A stretch of DNA of 64,000 nucleotides, taken from positions 140,886-204,885 of the forward strand of contig DATJOX010000059.1 of NCBI GenBank assembly GCA_035506675.1, given 5' to 3'. This stretch comes from Methanomassiliicoccales archaeon (GTDB lineage Archaea; Thermoplasmatota; Thermoplasmata; Methanomassiliicoccales; UBA472). The notes under the pieces are model-generated. The model made no database searches. It was not told where the DNA came from and saw nothing but the letters and a program-made list of their open reading frames with translations. Below are positions 1 through 8,641 of the stretch, one piece after another. Position numbers and translations under genes: made by a program. Numbering within the stretch: the stretch's first letter is position 1; the number at the start of each line of letters is the position of its first letter.

Positions 1-14
1 CACACCCGATCCTT

Positions 15-38
15 GTTATGTTCATAACATTTATATTA
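15..38 (+). promoter_or_regulatory. Putative operator plus TATA-like box upstream of the NikR-like gene
   Basis: Perfect inverted repeat GTTATG-tt-CATAAC (15-28) directly abuts the A/T-rich box TTTATATTA (30-38), about 57 nt before the ATG at 95. NikR-family operators are typically palindromic. The window edge truncates the upstream context. Confidence 0.35.
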
Positions 39-42
39 CTTC

Positions 43-85
43 CTATTAACAAGCATGACAACATTCATATCTCTGCTATTAACAA
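43..85. repeat. Direct repeat CTATTAACAA x2 (43-52 and 76-85) in the NikR-like leader
   Basis: An identical 10-mer was read twice, 33 nt apart, between the TATA-like box and the start codon. Function is unknown. Confidence 0.5.
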
Positions 86-94
86 TTCCCGTTC

Positions 95-487
95 ATGAGT
101 AAAATGACCGTGATCAGCGTTTCCTTGACGGAGAAGAATATCGAAGACCTTGACAAGCTTCAGAGCATGCTCGGACTTGCGGGAAGGAGCGAGGCCATCC
201 GGGTGTGCCTCAGATCAGCGGAGACTGAGATTCGGGAAAGGGAAATGATGAGCGGCGAGCTCGAGGGCATCTTGATCGCTGTGCACAAGGCGGAGGACGG
301 CCACGGTCTTGACGAGTCACGTCACCGTTACCAGGCGAATATCACCACCCAGGTCCATTCGCACCTGAAGAACGGCAAGTGCCTGGATGTGTTCCTTATG
401 GGCGGCGACTCAGGAGTGATAAAGGGCGCAATCGCCGACTTCCAGAAGGATGACGCCATCGAATACATCAAGTTCGTTCGGTCATGA
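95..487 (+). CDS. NikR/CopG-family ribbon-helix-helix metalloregulator (NikR-like paralog 1)
   Basis: 130 aa. N-terminal RHH (VISVSLTEKNIEDLDKL...RSEAIRVCL). C-terminal ACT-like domain with a His/Cys cluster (HKAEDGH...QVHSHLKNGKC). Confidence 0.75.
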   Translation: MSKMTVISVSLTEKNIEDLDKLQSMLGLAGRSEAIRVCLRSAETEIREREMMSGELEGILIAVHKAEDGHGLDESRHRYQANITTQVHSHLKNGKCLDVFLMGGDSGVIKGAIADFQKDDAIEYIKFVRS

Positions 488-710
488 AGCGGCTGTCGCA
501 CGAGGACGAGAACCCGTTCCCTGTTCGAGATGGAAATCGGTCCGATGGCAAAATCGCTCGGAAGAAGACGCGGATTGACCTCGATTGGATTGATTGAGTG
601 CGCGTGTAAGTATTCCTCTCCAACCATCTTGTCACACTAGGTCGACCCGTGAAATAGCGTAACGAACATCAACAAGCACGTTTAACCCAACGAAATGAGA
701 TTACTGGTCA

Positions 711-1580
711 ATGAGCGTCGGAATAGCTACGAAGAGAGCTAGGAGCGATGGTGTCGGCGAGCAATACTTCCACATAGATCATCGCCCGCATCGCAAGCTT
801 ACGCTCGGTCTGGGCGCGGTTGGGGTATCCCTAGGCATCCTCATATGGTGGGTCTTGTCTGCCCTGGTCAGAACGGCCTACTTGCCTTCACCGTATGCCG
901 TGGCGGTCACGCTCTACAATCTGTTCACAGGCTACGATCACATCAGCGGACTGACCATGTGGCAACTTATTTCGGACACCCTTTCGCATTATTTCCCAGC
1001 CTTCATCCTCGCATTCCTGCTGGCATTGCCCATCGGAATGCTCATCGGAATAAGCAGGGTCGCTGATAGCCTCTCAAGGCCGTTCGTGGAGGTCCTTCGT
1101 CCCATCGCCCCCATAGTCTTCGGGCCCTTGTTCTTGATCGTGCTTGGGCAGGGGCAAGGAGTCTTCATGATCGTGTTCTTGGGGGTGTTCATACCTCTCG
1201 TCTCGCAGATACAATTCGGGGTACAACACATCGACCCTTTGGTCCTTGACCTTGGGCAGACGATGGGTGCGCATGGGTGGACTCTGTTCCGCAAGGTCAT
1301 CATTCCGTCGATCGCGCCCAATATCCTTGCCGGCTTGAAGGTGGCTATAGGGATCGGCTGGATCTGCATCATCGAGGGCGAGCTAATACTGGGAACGCCG
1401 GGAATTGGTGCTTTTGTGCTATGGAACAGTCAACTGGGATTATATTCGCAGATGTTCGCTGGAATAGTCCTGATATCGGTAATAGGCATCCTCACCTATG
1501 CAGTCGGATGGACGGTTGAGCACATGGTCTCAAAGAAGCTTGGAATGATACTGGAGAGCGCGCCGGTCACGCACTGCTAG
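711..1580 (+). CDS. ABC transporter permease, NitT/TauT (SsuC/TauC-like) family
   Basis: 289 aa with multiple hydrophobic helices and a binding-protein-dependent permease signature region (ALPIGMLIGISRVADSLSRPFVEVLRPIAPI). No ATPase or substrate-binding partner lies in the window. Confidence 0.75.
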   Translation: MSVGIATKRARSDGVGEQYFHIDHRPHRKLTLGLGAVGVSLGILIWWVLSALVRTAYLPSPYAVAVTLYNLFTGYDHISGLTMWQLISDTLSHYFPAFILAFLLALPIGMLIGISRVADSLSRPFVEVLRPIAPIVFGPLFLIVLGQGQGVFMIVFLGVFIPLVSQIQFGVQHIDPLVLDLGQTMGAHGWTLFRKVIIPSIAPNILAGLKVAIGIGWICIIEGELILGTPGIGAFVLWNSQLGLYSQMFAGIVLISVIGILTYAVGWTVEHMVSKKLGMILESAPVTHC

Positions 1581-1871
1581 TCTAGCATTCCCATAGGCAC
1601 TGCTCGTTCGGGCAACTACTCGCCCCCGTATACAAGCTTCCAAGAGATTCGGTTCTTGGCCATCCGGGCTAAGCTTTGCTACGGTTTGCCAGGAAGCACT
1701 TACCGATTCCATGGAGCACCTCGTGGTTGTTTGCAACAGACGATAGGCTGATCAGGGTCCCCACCCTTTGGTGCGCCGCGTGCTGTGCTTCATTGTAATG
1801 AATAGAACAGCACGATCCGGAAGTCCCTCCCTAATGATTATTAGCCTGATCGTGCCCATTAACTGGTTGAG

Positions 1872-4037
1872 ATGGCCACCCTGCAAGGCACTGCGACTAA
1901 TAATGTGCGACGCTCGCGGAAATCTCGTGGCCTCAGAGCAACTGGCATAGAAGTTATAGGCGATGTGCCTTGGGGAACGCACTTCTGCCAATTCTACCAG
2001 GATAGCCAAGATCTGGTTGAGATCCTAGTGCCCTATTTCAAAGCTGGACTTGACGCGAATGAGTTCTGCATGTGGGTGACGTCTGAGCCACTCAGAGTTG
2101 AAAAGGCCACGGAGGCTTTGAAGAGGGCTGTCCCCAACCTCGAGGTAGCCCTCGACAAGGGCCAGATCGAGATCCTTGATTACAAGGATTGGTACATGAA
2201 AGGTGGCAAGTTCGAGTCTTCACGGGTCCTCGATGGATGGGTGACGAAGCTCGAGGAATCGAGAAAGAAAGGATTCGAAGGTCTGCGCCTGACCGGAAAC
2301 ACACATTGGCTCGAGGAAACCCAATGGAATGATTTCGAGCAGTACGAAGCCAGCGTCAATAGCGTCATCGGCAAGCATCGCATGATCGCACTGTGCACGT
2401 ACTCAATCGAGCGCTGCGGGGCGAACGAGATTCTGGACGTCGTTGCCAACCATCAATTCGCGCTCGTGAGACGTCACGGTGATTGGAGCCTGATCGAGGG
2501 TTCGCACGATGCACGTACCCGAGAAGCGCTTAAAGAAAGCGAAGAATTGTACAGGCACATCCTTCAGTACGCTCCCACCGCCATTTACGAGATTGACTAT
2601 GCTGGCCCCAGGTTCAAGAGCGTCAACGAAGCGATGTGCCTGCTCACTGGTTACACCCGCGAGGAATTGCTGGCAAAGAATCCAAACGAACTCCTCGACG
2701 CACAAAGCAGACACAGATTCCAGGAAAGGATAAGAAGAGGGATGGCTGGAGAGAACCTAGCGGGCGGCGTTGAATACAAAGCAATGAAGAAGGATGGGAG
2801 CGAGCTCTGGGTCATTCTAAACGTTAAACCGACATACAAGGATGGCAAGCTAGACGGAGCACTCGTTGTTGGAAACGACATCACAGAAAGGAAGCGAGCA
2901 GAATCGGCAATAAGAGAAAGCGAGGCTAAGTTCAGATCGCTGTTCGAGTACTCGTCTGAAGGAATGGCTCTCCACGAATTAGTCAATGACGAGCATGGCG
3001 AGCCAATCGATTACCGAATTCTTGATGTCAATTCTGTGTTTACGACGATCACGAGAATCTCCAGAGGCGAAGCCGTCGGCAAGCTTGCATCCGAACTCTA
3101 TGGAACTGGCAAACCACCCTATCTGGATATCTACGCAGAAGTGGCAAGGACCGGGAAGGCTGCTTGCTTTGAGACATACTTCCAGCCCATGGACAAGCAT
3201 TTCATCATTTCCGCATTCTCGCCCATGAATGGCAGATTCGCTACTGCGTTCCTGGATGTCAGTCGCCAGAAGAAGCTGGAAGGAGAACTTGAAAGAAGAC
3301 TGAGGGACCTTGCTCGATCGAATGATGAACTGCAGCAGTTCGCGTACGTCGCTTCTCATGATCTGCAGGAACCCCTCCGAATGGTGCTGGCATATCTTGC
3401 CTTGCTCGATAGCAAGTATAGAGACCAGCTAGGCTCCAAGGCCAAGGAGTACGTCGACTTCGCCATGGAGGGTGGCAATCGAATGCGAAGGCTGATCGAC
3501 GACCTCTTGGAGTACTCAAGGGTGGACACAAGAGGAAAGCCGTTCAGCCGAGTCGATATGAACTCGGTTGCCGCAAAGACTCTGGAAGTACTGAAAGTGC
3601 CATTGGAGGAGACCAGAGCGGATATTGTCATAAACCATCTCCCGGATGTCCTCGCGGACGAGTCCCAGATGATCCAGGTGATGCAGAATCTGATTGGCAA
3701 CGCGATCAAATTCCACGGAGCGGAAGTGCCGCAGATCCACATCTCGGCTTCCAAGGCCGCCAATGAATGGGTCTTCGCCGTCAAAGACAATGGCATCGGA
3801 TTGAACATGGAGCACGCTGACAAGATATTCCTAATGTTCCAGCGTCTGCATGCCCACGATGAGTATCCCGGCACAGGCGTCGGCTTGGCCGTTACGAAGA
3901 AGATTATCGAGCGACATGGCGGGCGAATCTGGGTTGAAAGCGAAGAGGGGAAAGGGGCTACGTTCTACTTCTCTATTCCACTCAGAGAAAAAAGCAGTTC
4001 AACAGTAGGGAACCACGTCGTTCAAACACACCAATAA
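1872..4037 (+). CDS. Sensor histidine kinase: MEDS domain, two PAS domains, HisKA and HATPase_c
   Basis: 721 aa. N-terminal MEDS-like motif (WGTHFCQFYQDSQDLVEILVPYFKAGLDANEFCMWVTSEP). PAS segments. H-box FAYVASHDLQEPLR. N/G boxes (NLIGNAIKF, DNGIGL, GTGVGLA). Confidence 0.85.
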   Translation: MATLQGTATNNVRRSRKSRGLRATGIEVIGDVPWGTHFCQFYQDSQDLVEILVPYFKAGLDANEFCMWVTSEPLRVEKATEALKRAVPNLEVALDKGQIEILDYKDWYMKGGKFESSRVLDGWVTKLEESRKKGFEGLRLTGNTHWLEETQWNDFEQYEASVNSVIGKHRMIALCTYSIERCGANEILDVVANHQFALVRRHGDWSLIEGSHDARTREALKESEELYRHILQYAPTAIYEIDYAGPRFKSVNEAMCLLTGYTREELLAKNPNELLDAQSRHRFQERIRRGMAGENLAGGVEYKAMKKDGSELWVILNVKPTYKDGKLDGALVVGNDITERKRAESAIRESEAKFRSLFEYSSEGMALHELVNDEHGEPIDYRILDVNSVFTTITRISRGEAVGKLASELYGTGKPPYLDIYAEVARTGKAACFETYFQPMDKHFIISAFSPMNGRFATAFLDVSRQKKLEGELERRLRDLARSNDELQQFAYVASHDLQEPLRMVLAYLALLDSKYRDQLGSKAKEYVDFAMEGGNRMRRLIDDLLEYSRVDTRGKPFSRVDMNSVAAKTLEVLKVPLEETRADIVINHLPDVLADESQMIQVMQNLIGNAIKFHGAEVPQIHISASKAANEWVFAVKDNGIGLNMEHADKIFLMFQRLHAHDEYPGTGVGLAVTKKIIERHGGRIWVESEEGKGATFYFSIPLREKSSSTVGNHVVQTHQ

Positions 4038-4300
4038 AATCCAATCATGTATATTAAAGAAAGCGACTCCCCACTGGCCCCAATCGTAAGCATTAAATAT
4101 GGGACATTTCGCGGAATTGTATACTACCCCTGCACTCTCGTGAATCCGCCGATTTCGCAACCGCGGGCATCGAGTTCCGGGATTGGCGGCTAACGAAGGC
4201 CGTTTTCCTTGGTGATCCTTGTGGGTGCGACGTGCGACCTCGACCATTCAAATACCGGCACTTCAATTGATTTCTGGTCGAGTGAGGAAGAGACAATCTC

Positions 4301-5161
4301 ATGGGAATCCTAGACGAGTCGTACCGCCTGGAAAACGGCGTCAGAGTGCCGAAGATCGGGCTGGGAACGTGGCATATGCCCGATGGAAGAACCACCTACG
4401 ACGCAGTTTCCTTTGCCTTGGCAAATGGATACAGACACATTGACACCGCTCATGGCTACGGCAACGAAGCGAGCGTTGGCAGCGCTGTCCGTGACTGTGG
4501 AATCGAGAGAAAGGAGATCTTCGTCACCTCCAAGCTCCCAGCCGACGTCAAGAACTACGAGGGTGCGCTGAAGAGCTTCGAAGGCACCATGGAGAGGCTA
4601 GGTCTCGAGTACCTGGACCTATACCTCATCCACGCGCCGTGGCCATGGAACAAGGCTGGTCTCGATTTCAGAGCGGAGAACAGCAGGGTATGGAAAGCGC
4701 TTGAGATGATCTACAAGAGCGGCCGGTGCCGTGCGATCGGGGTCTCGAATTTCGATATTTCCGACCTCACCTCCCTCATCCAGGACTGCGAGATCGAACC
4801 AATGGCGAACCAGATCAAGTTCCACGTTGGCAACACGCAGGAAAGTCTCACGCGGTACTGCCAACAGAACCGCATGCTGGTGGAGGGCTACTCACCTCTG
4901 GCCACCGGGGCAATCCTCGGCGATGATGCCATTGCCGCCGTAGCCGAGAAGTATGATTCGACCGTCGCCAAGATTTGCATACGCTATGTTCTTCAAAGAG
5001 GGGTGCTCCCGCTTCCCAAATCCGTACATCCAGAATACATTCTACAGAACGCCGATGTTGATTTCGAGATCAGAGCAGACGACATGGCCCTCCTCGACAA
5101 CATGAAGAACACCGCGAGAGAAGGTCGGGTAAGAAAGGGCCTTCGTATGATCCTACAGTGA
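4301..5161 (+). CDS. Aldo/keto reductase (2,5-diketo-D-gluconate reductase-like)
   Basis: 286 aa. AKR motifs GLGTW, GYRHIDTAHGYGNE, LDLYLIHAPWP, IGVSNF. Confidence 0.9.
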   Translation: MGILDESYRLENGVRVPKIGLGTWHMPDGRTTYDAVSFALANGYRHIDTAHGYGNEASVGSAVRDCGIERKEIFVTSKLPADVKNYEGALKSFEGTMERLGLEYLDLYLIHAPWPWNKAGLDFRAENSRVWKALEMIYKSGRCRAIGVSNFDISDLTSLIQDCEIEPMANQIKFHVGNTQESLTRYCQQNRMLVEGYSPLATGAILGDDAIAAVAEKYDSTVAKICIRYVLQRGVLPLPKSVHPEYILQNADVDFEIRADDMALLDNMKNTAREGRVRKGLRMILQ

Positions 5162-5198
5162 GGGGTCGAGGTTGAGAGCAAGTGGTTGCCGCGTCGAT

Positions 5199-5561
5199 TC
5201 ATTCACGAGGGCGCTTCTCGCAGACGATCGCCACGGCAGCAGCCATGGTGTCTGAATGAGTTAGGCTGATCTTGATTTCAAAAGCCCTCACTCTCTTATC
5301 CAGGATTGCGACGAATGGTATTCCGCGTCTCCGGTTCAGTATCTCAATCTTGTTCAGGGGGACCCTGATCCCGTAGCATTGGAGCGCCTTCACGACCGCC
5401 TCTTTCCCAGCAAATCGCGCCGCGTAGTGTTGCGTTGGATGCAATTTGCTCTCGCAGTACCTTATCTCCTTCTCGGTGAAGACCTTCTTCAGAATGCTGC
5501 TTTTCGAAAGGATATCATGACTGAACCTGGATAGCTCAACACTGTCGATTCCGATCTCCAG
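5199..5561 (-). CDS. acpS: Holo-(acyl carrier protein) synthase, AcpS-type 4'-phosphopantetheinyl transferase (start uncertain)
   Basis: The track ORF (5199-5444, TTG start) carries the AcpS C-terminal half (ARFAGKEAVVKAL...SLTHSD). The same frame stays open upstream to 5599 and encodes the conserved N-terminal GxD motif (LEIGIDSVELSRF...VFTEKEIRYC). No ATG, GTG or TTG lies upstream of 5444 in that frame. 5561 is a CTG and gives a typical ~120-aa AcpS. Confidence 0.65.
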   Translation of the reverse strand: MEIGIDSVELSRFSHDILSKSSILKKVFTEKEIRYCESKLHPTQHYAARFAGKEAVVKALQCYGIRVPLNKIEILNRRRGIPFVAILDKRVRAFEIKISLTHSDTMAAAVAIVCEKRPRE

Positions 5562-5602
5562 ACCACCACTCTCACTCTGATTGAATTGAAATCGCTGCTT
5601 CT

Positions 5603-6649
5603 CTATATATCCATGTCACCTGCGAAGAAACGCCAATTCGCCTCATCCAGTAGATAGGATTGATCTGCAAGACCGTCAGGATACAAGACAACTCTCGTCT
5701 TGTCGTTAACATTCACGAAATTGAACCTCCTGAGCTTCTTTGGAATGTCACTATTGCCCATGTAGCGAATCGCAATCGCACCTGTGCCTTCTTCTCTTTG
5801 ATGCCGAATGAAATTGGCCAGGAGAGAGTCGAACAAGTCATCAGATGGTAAGAACAACATGTCGTCAACGTAGCAGACGTTGTCTTTCACTCGATAGACC
5901 AGGTAACCGCCGATCTCGTCCTTGTCATCTAGGACGCAGAATATTCTATAGTAGACATACGATCGCGAATATCTCCAGTTCAAGAATCTGGAGGTTCGCT
6001 CTCCAGCAATCCCGAATTGCTTCGATGTCCTCTCCCACAGCACGTCAAATCTCTCGTCGAAAGACCCTGGCATATCAAGCGAGTGACTGAACCGACTGCT
6101 TATGCGCTTCTCTCTTGAAAACACGTCACTGCATGAATCCACCACTCTCAGGACTCCTTTTGACCTGAGATACTTGGGAATAAGATGCGATGGCACACGC
6201 GCCAGGTTCAAGGGTTTCACGAATACCCTGGCCCTGCCCACCTCCTTGTATCCTATGCGAAAGAAAACCGGACTTGATTCCTCGTTTGGTGTTTCGTATA
6301 GCAGGTAGCTTCCAGAAGCGCCCGTATCTGACACTATCGCCCTCATCAGCTTGACGGCTGGCCCAAATCCTCTGTGGCCTCGGTCGATGGAGAAATCACC
6401 GATGACCCCTGCGAGCACCGACCTGTCGCCGATCTTCAATCTCCGTGGAAAGAGTGATGCCGAACCGACTAGAGGCCCCGATGGCCCATACTTCGCAAGC
6501 CAGCATGATGCGTTCCCATAAGGACCATGTTTGTAACTCCAGTCGTAGCGTTGAGAGGAGTACGCAACACTGAGGTTCCTGTGCACCAGTGAGAGGATGG
6601 CCTCTTTGTCGCCTTCTATGTCCCCCTTGATCACGGTGTAATTATTCAT
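5603..6649 (-). CDS. Two-lobed GNAT-type acyltransferase (FemAB/CelD-like)
   Basis: 348 aa. The N-terminal lobe has a GNAT-like core (VIGDFSIDRGHRGFGPAVKLMRAIV). The C-terminal lobe has FLNWRY...GGYLVY, typical of the Acetyltransf_6/FemAB-related family. Its start overlaps the upstream gene by 4 nt. Confidence 0.6.
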   Translation of the reverse strand: MNNYTVIKGDIEGDKEAILSLVHRNLSVAYSSQRYDWSYKHGPYGNASCWLAKYGPSGPLVGSASLFPRRLKIGDRSVLAGVIGDFSIDRGHRGFGPAVKLMRAIVSDTGASGSYLLYETPNEESSPVFFRIGYKEVGRARVFVKPLNLARVPSHLIPKYLRSKGVLRVVDSCSDVFSREKRISSRFSHSLDMPGSFDERFDVLWERTSKQFGIAGERTSRFLNWRYSRSYVYYRIFCVLDDKDEIGGYLVYRVKDNVCYVDDMLFLPSDDLFDSLLANFIRHQREEGTGAIAIRYMGNSDIPKKLRRFNFVNVNDKTRVVLYPDGLADQSYLLDEANWRFFAGDMDI

Positions 6650-7641
6650 TCAATCCCGAGTTTTCTCTGGACCAAAGCGATGGTCTCAGGATCCTCAATC
6701 TCTTCGATGCGTTCTAGCGCAGATTTCCTATCCAGACAACCCTCGCGGACCAGGTTCGCGAGTTCCAAGGAGTAGGGGTGAAAATGAAACTGATCCTTGT
6801 GGACTATGTTCGCGTATGAGTTCAGGAGGCAATTGGTGGAGTTGGCATCTGTGTCGCGTGGTGCTTCCCATCCATACCCGCGAATCGTTTCGTATATCTT
6901 CTCTTCGTCGTAGCCCAAGAACGCAAGCGGGTTGATGGTATAGGGGAACAGCTCAGGGCTATTGAATTGCTCTTCGTCAAGGAAGTAAGGGTTTATCGCG
7001 TCACCAGCAATCCTGTGAAGCGGATCGTATACCGATTTCTGCATCATCCTTGTCATTTGGGGGTTGTTCTTCATGATTGACGAGGTGATTGGAGCCTGAC
7101 CCGGAGACCAGCCATATGTGACAAATGGGATCCTCTTTTCAATCGCCAAGCGGAGCGCATGGTACTTGATCATCCCCATGCAAGACGTGCAGATCGCGCT
7201 CGCTCGCTCGATGGTTATTGGTGGGAATGGATTGGCTTTGGCGCATTCGGAGAAGATCGTCTTCAGAACGTCAAATCGTGGTTTCACGAAAATATGGTCG
7301 ATTCCCAGATTCTCGACGACGGTCCTGATGTTGCGAAAGGTCTGTTCGGGGACGAAACCGTTGTCGAATGTGATCGCGAGTATGTTCAGTTTATATTCGT
7401 TCTTCAAGATAATACTGGTGTAAGTGCTGTCTTTGCCTCCGCTGTAGCTCATGAGTGCATCGTAGTCGCCGAGTCCCCTGTGTTTGTCAACCAAATCGGC
7501 GAATTTGCGCCTGTATTCGGACATCCTGTCTTCTAGGTGGTCAATGCCCCTGAACTCGAGGCAGTAGTTGCAGACGCCTTCCTTGTTGAATCGTATTCCT
7601 GGAAAGGTCTCAGGCAGTATGCATCTTGTGCATCGATTCAT
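6646..7641 (-). CDS. PP-loop ATP pyrophosphatase, N-acetyl-sugar amidotransferase-like (WbuX/PseA/AglX type)
   Basis: 331 aa. N-terminal Cys pairs (CTRCILPETFPGIRFNKEGVCNYC) are followed by the PP-loop SYSGGKDSTY. This is the hallmark layout of acetamidino-sugar amidotransferases. Confidence 0.7.
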   Translation of the reverse strand: MNRCTRCILPETFPGIRFNKEGVCNYCLEFRGIDHLEDRMSEYRRKFADLVDKHRGLGDYDALMSYSGGKDSTYTSIILKNEYKLNILAITFDNGFVPEQTFRNIRTVVENLGIDHIFVKPRFDVLKTIFSECAKANPFPPITIERASAICTSCMGMIKYHALRLAIEKRIPFVTYGWSPGQAPITSSIMKNNPQMTRMMQKSVYDPLHRIAGDAINPYFLDEEQFNSPELFPYTINPLAFLGYDEEKIYETIRGYGWEAPRDTDANSTNCLLNSYANIVHKDQFHFHPYSLELANLVREGCLDRKSALERIEEIEDPETIALVQRKLGIE

Positions 7642-7651
7642 AGGTCCATCT

Positions 7652-8620
7652 TCAGGCTTCTAGGAGATTGGGGGGTGACTCCCTTAAATGCTTTGTAGAA
7701 TTGTGTTTATTGGCGATCTCTCTGAATGCCCTAGCGACCTGCTGCTCTTCCAGGTCCAGCGCTTCGCAAACCTCTGGAATCCCGATCTTATTCTCCCAAG
7801 CGTACAACAGGAGATCCAGAACATCGTACGGCATTCGGAAGTAGAACTCCTCGTCGCTCACTTCGTAGCTGAACGTGTCTGGACTGGGGACCCTATCGAG
7901 TATCTCTTTCATCACTCCCAAGCGCCTTGAGATTTGGTAGACTTGTGTCTTGTACAGGTGCGCGATCGGTTCGATGTCAACCCCCCCATCCCCGTACTTG
8001 ACGAAGAATCCCTGCATCTGCTCACTTCTGTTGGTAGTGCCGCAAACGAGATAATTATTCATCTCTGCATAATAATAAAGTTGCATCATTCTCGTCCTCT
8101 GCTTGGTGTCGGTGGCGGCAACGATGCCATTTAACGTGGCCTTGTTCAGCCGGCAGGAGCTTACTTCGCCATTGCGGCGCATTATGTTCAGGGTAAAGAA
8201 ATTGTATGCGTCCCTCGCAAGGAGATTTCCGGGCAGGGTGATCTTGATCCTGCTATCAGGCTCATAGTCCGGAACCATCTTCCTTATTATGGCATCTCTC
8301 TTCTCGTAAGTTCCGAAGCCTTCAAGCACTGGCGTAATGTCGATTTCCAAGATCTTGATGCCGAGCCTTCGAGCGTGTTTCTTCGCATATTGAGCACTGA
8401 TGGGGTTCGATTCCTTTTCTGGGAGGATGAGACCAAGCACCGATTCTTTGCCCAGTGCCTCCACGCAAAGCGAGGAGGACAGTGCCGAGTCGATGCCTCC
8501 GCTCAATCCCACAACGACTCCTTCCCGCTTCATGGAAGTCGTTTGCTGTTTGATGAACGAACAGATCCGCTCGATCTCCCTATCGCAATCCAGATCCAAT
8601 GCCTCTCTTCTGAATTTCAT
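7652..8620 (-). CDS. NAD+ synthetase (NadE)-family PP-loop amidotransferase-like protein
   Basis: 322 aa. PP-loop GLSGGIDSA and NadE-type motifs (TTNRSEQMQGFFVKYGDGGVDIEPIAHLYKTQV). Carries an internal insertion relative to a minimal NadE. Confidence 0.7.
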   Translation of the reverse strand: MKFRREALDLDCDREIERICSFIKQQTTSMKREGVVVGLSGGIDSALSSSLCVEALGKESVLGLILPEKESNPISAQYAKKHARRLGIKILEIDITPVLEGFGTYEKRDAIIRKMVPDYEPDSRIKITLPGNLLARDAYNFFTLNIMRRNGEVSSCRLNKATLNGIVAATDTKQRTRMMQLYYYAEMNNYLVCGTTNRSEQMQGFFVKYGDGGVDIEPIAHLYKTQVYQISRRLGVMKEILDRVPSPDTFSYEVSDEEFYFRMPYDVLDLLLYAWENKIGIPEVCEALDLEEQQVARAFREIANKHNSTKHLRESPPNLLEA

Positions 8621-8641
8621 ATCGGCAACCTCGTACCTTGG

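Noticed and set aside
573-596. Four GATTG pentamers in 24 nt, and other short tandem or direct repeats, considered as a possible CRISPR or minisatellite.
   Set aside because: They are far too short and irregular. There is no repeat-spacer periodicity and no cas genes. I kept them only as a possible binding-site cluster within the NikR-like locus finding.
328-627. A 99-aa minus-strand ORF overlapping the 3' end of the NikR-like gene and the following intergenic region.
   Set aside because: It is antisense to a well-supported gene, has no motif, and has an unconvincing start context.
5561-5605. The idea that the TAG ending the GNAT gene is read through (for example as pyrrolysine) to produce a GNAT-AcpS fusion.
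   Set aside because: The AcpS frame differs from the GNAT frame, so readthrough would not join them. TAG also terminates other ordinary genes here, such as the permease at 1578-1580 and the Roadblock gene at 46463-46465.
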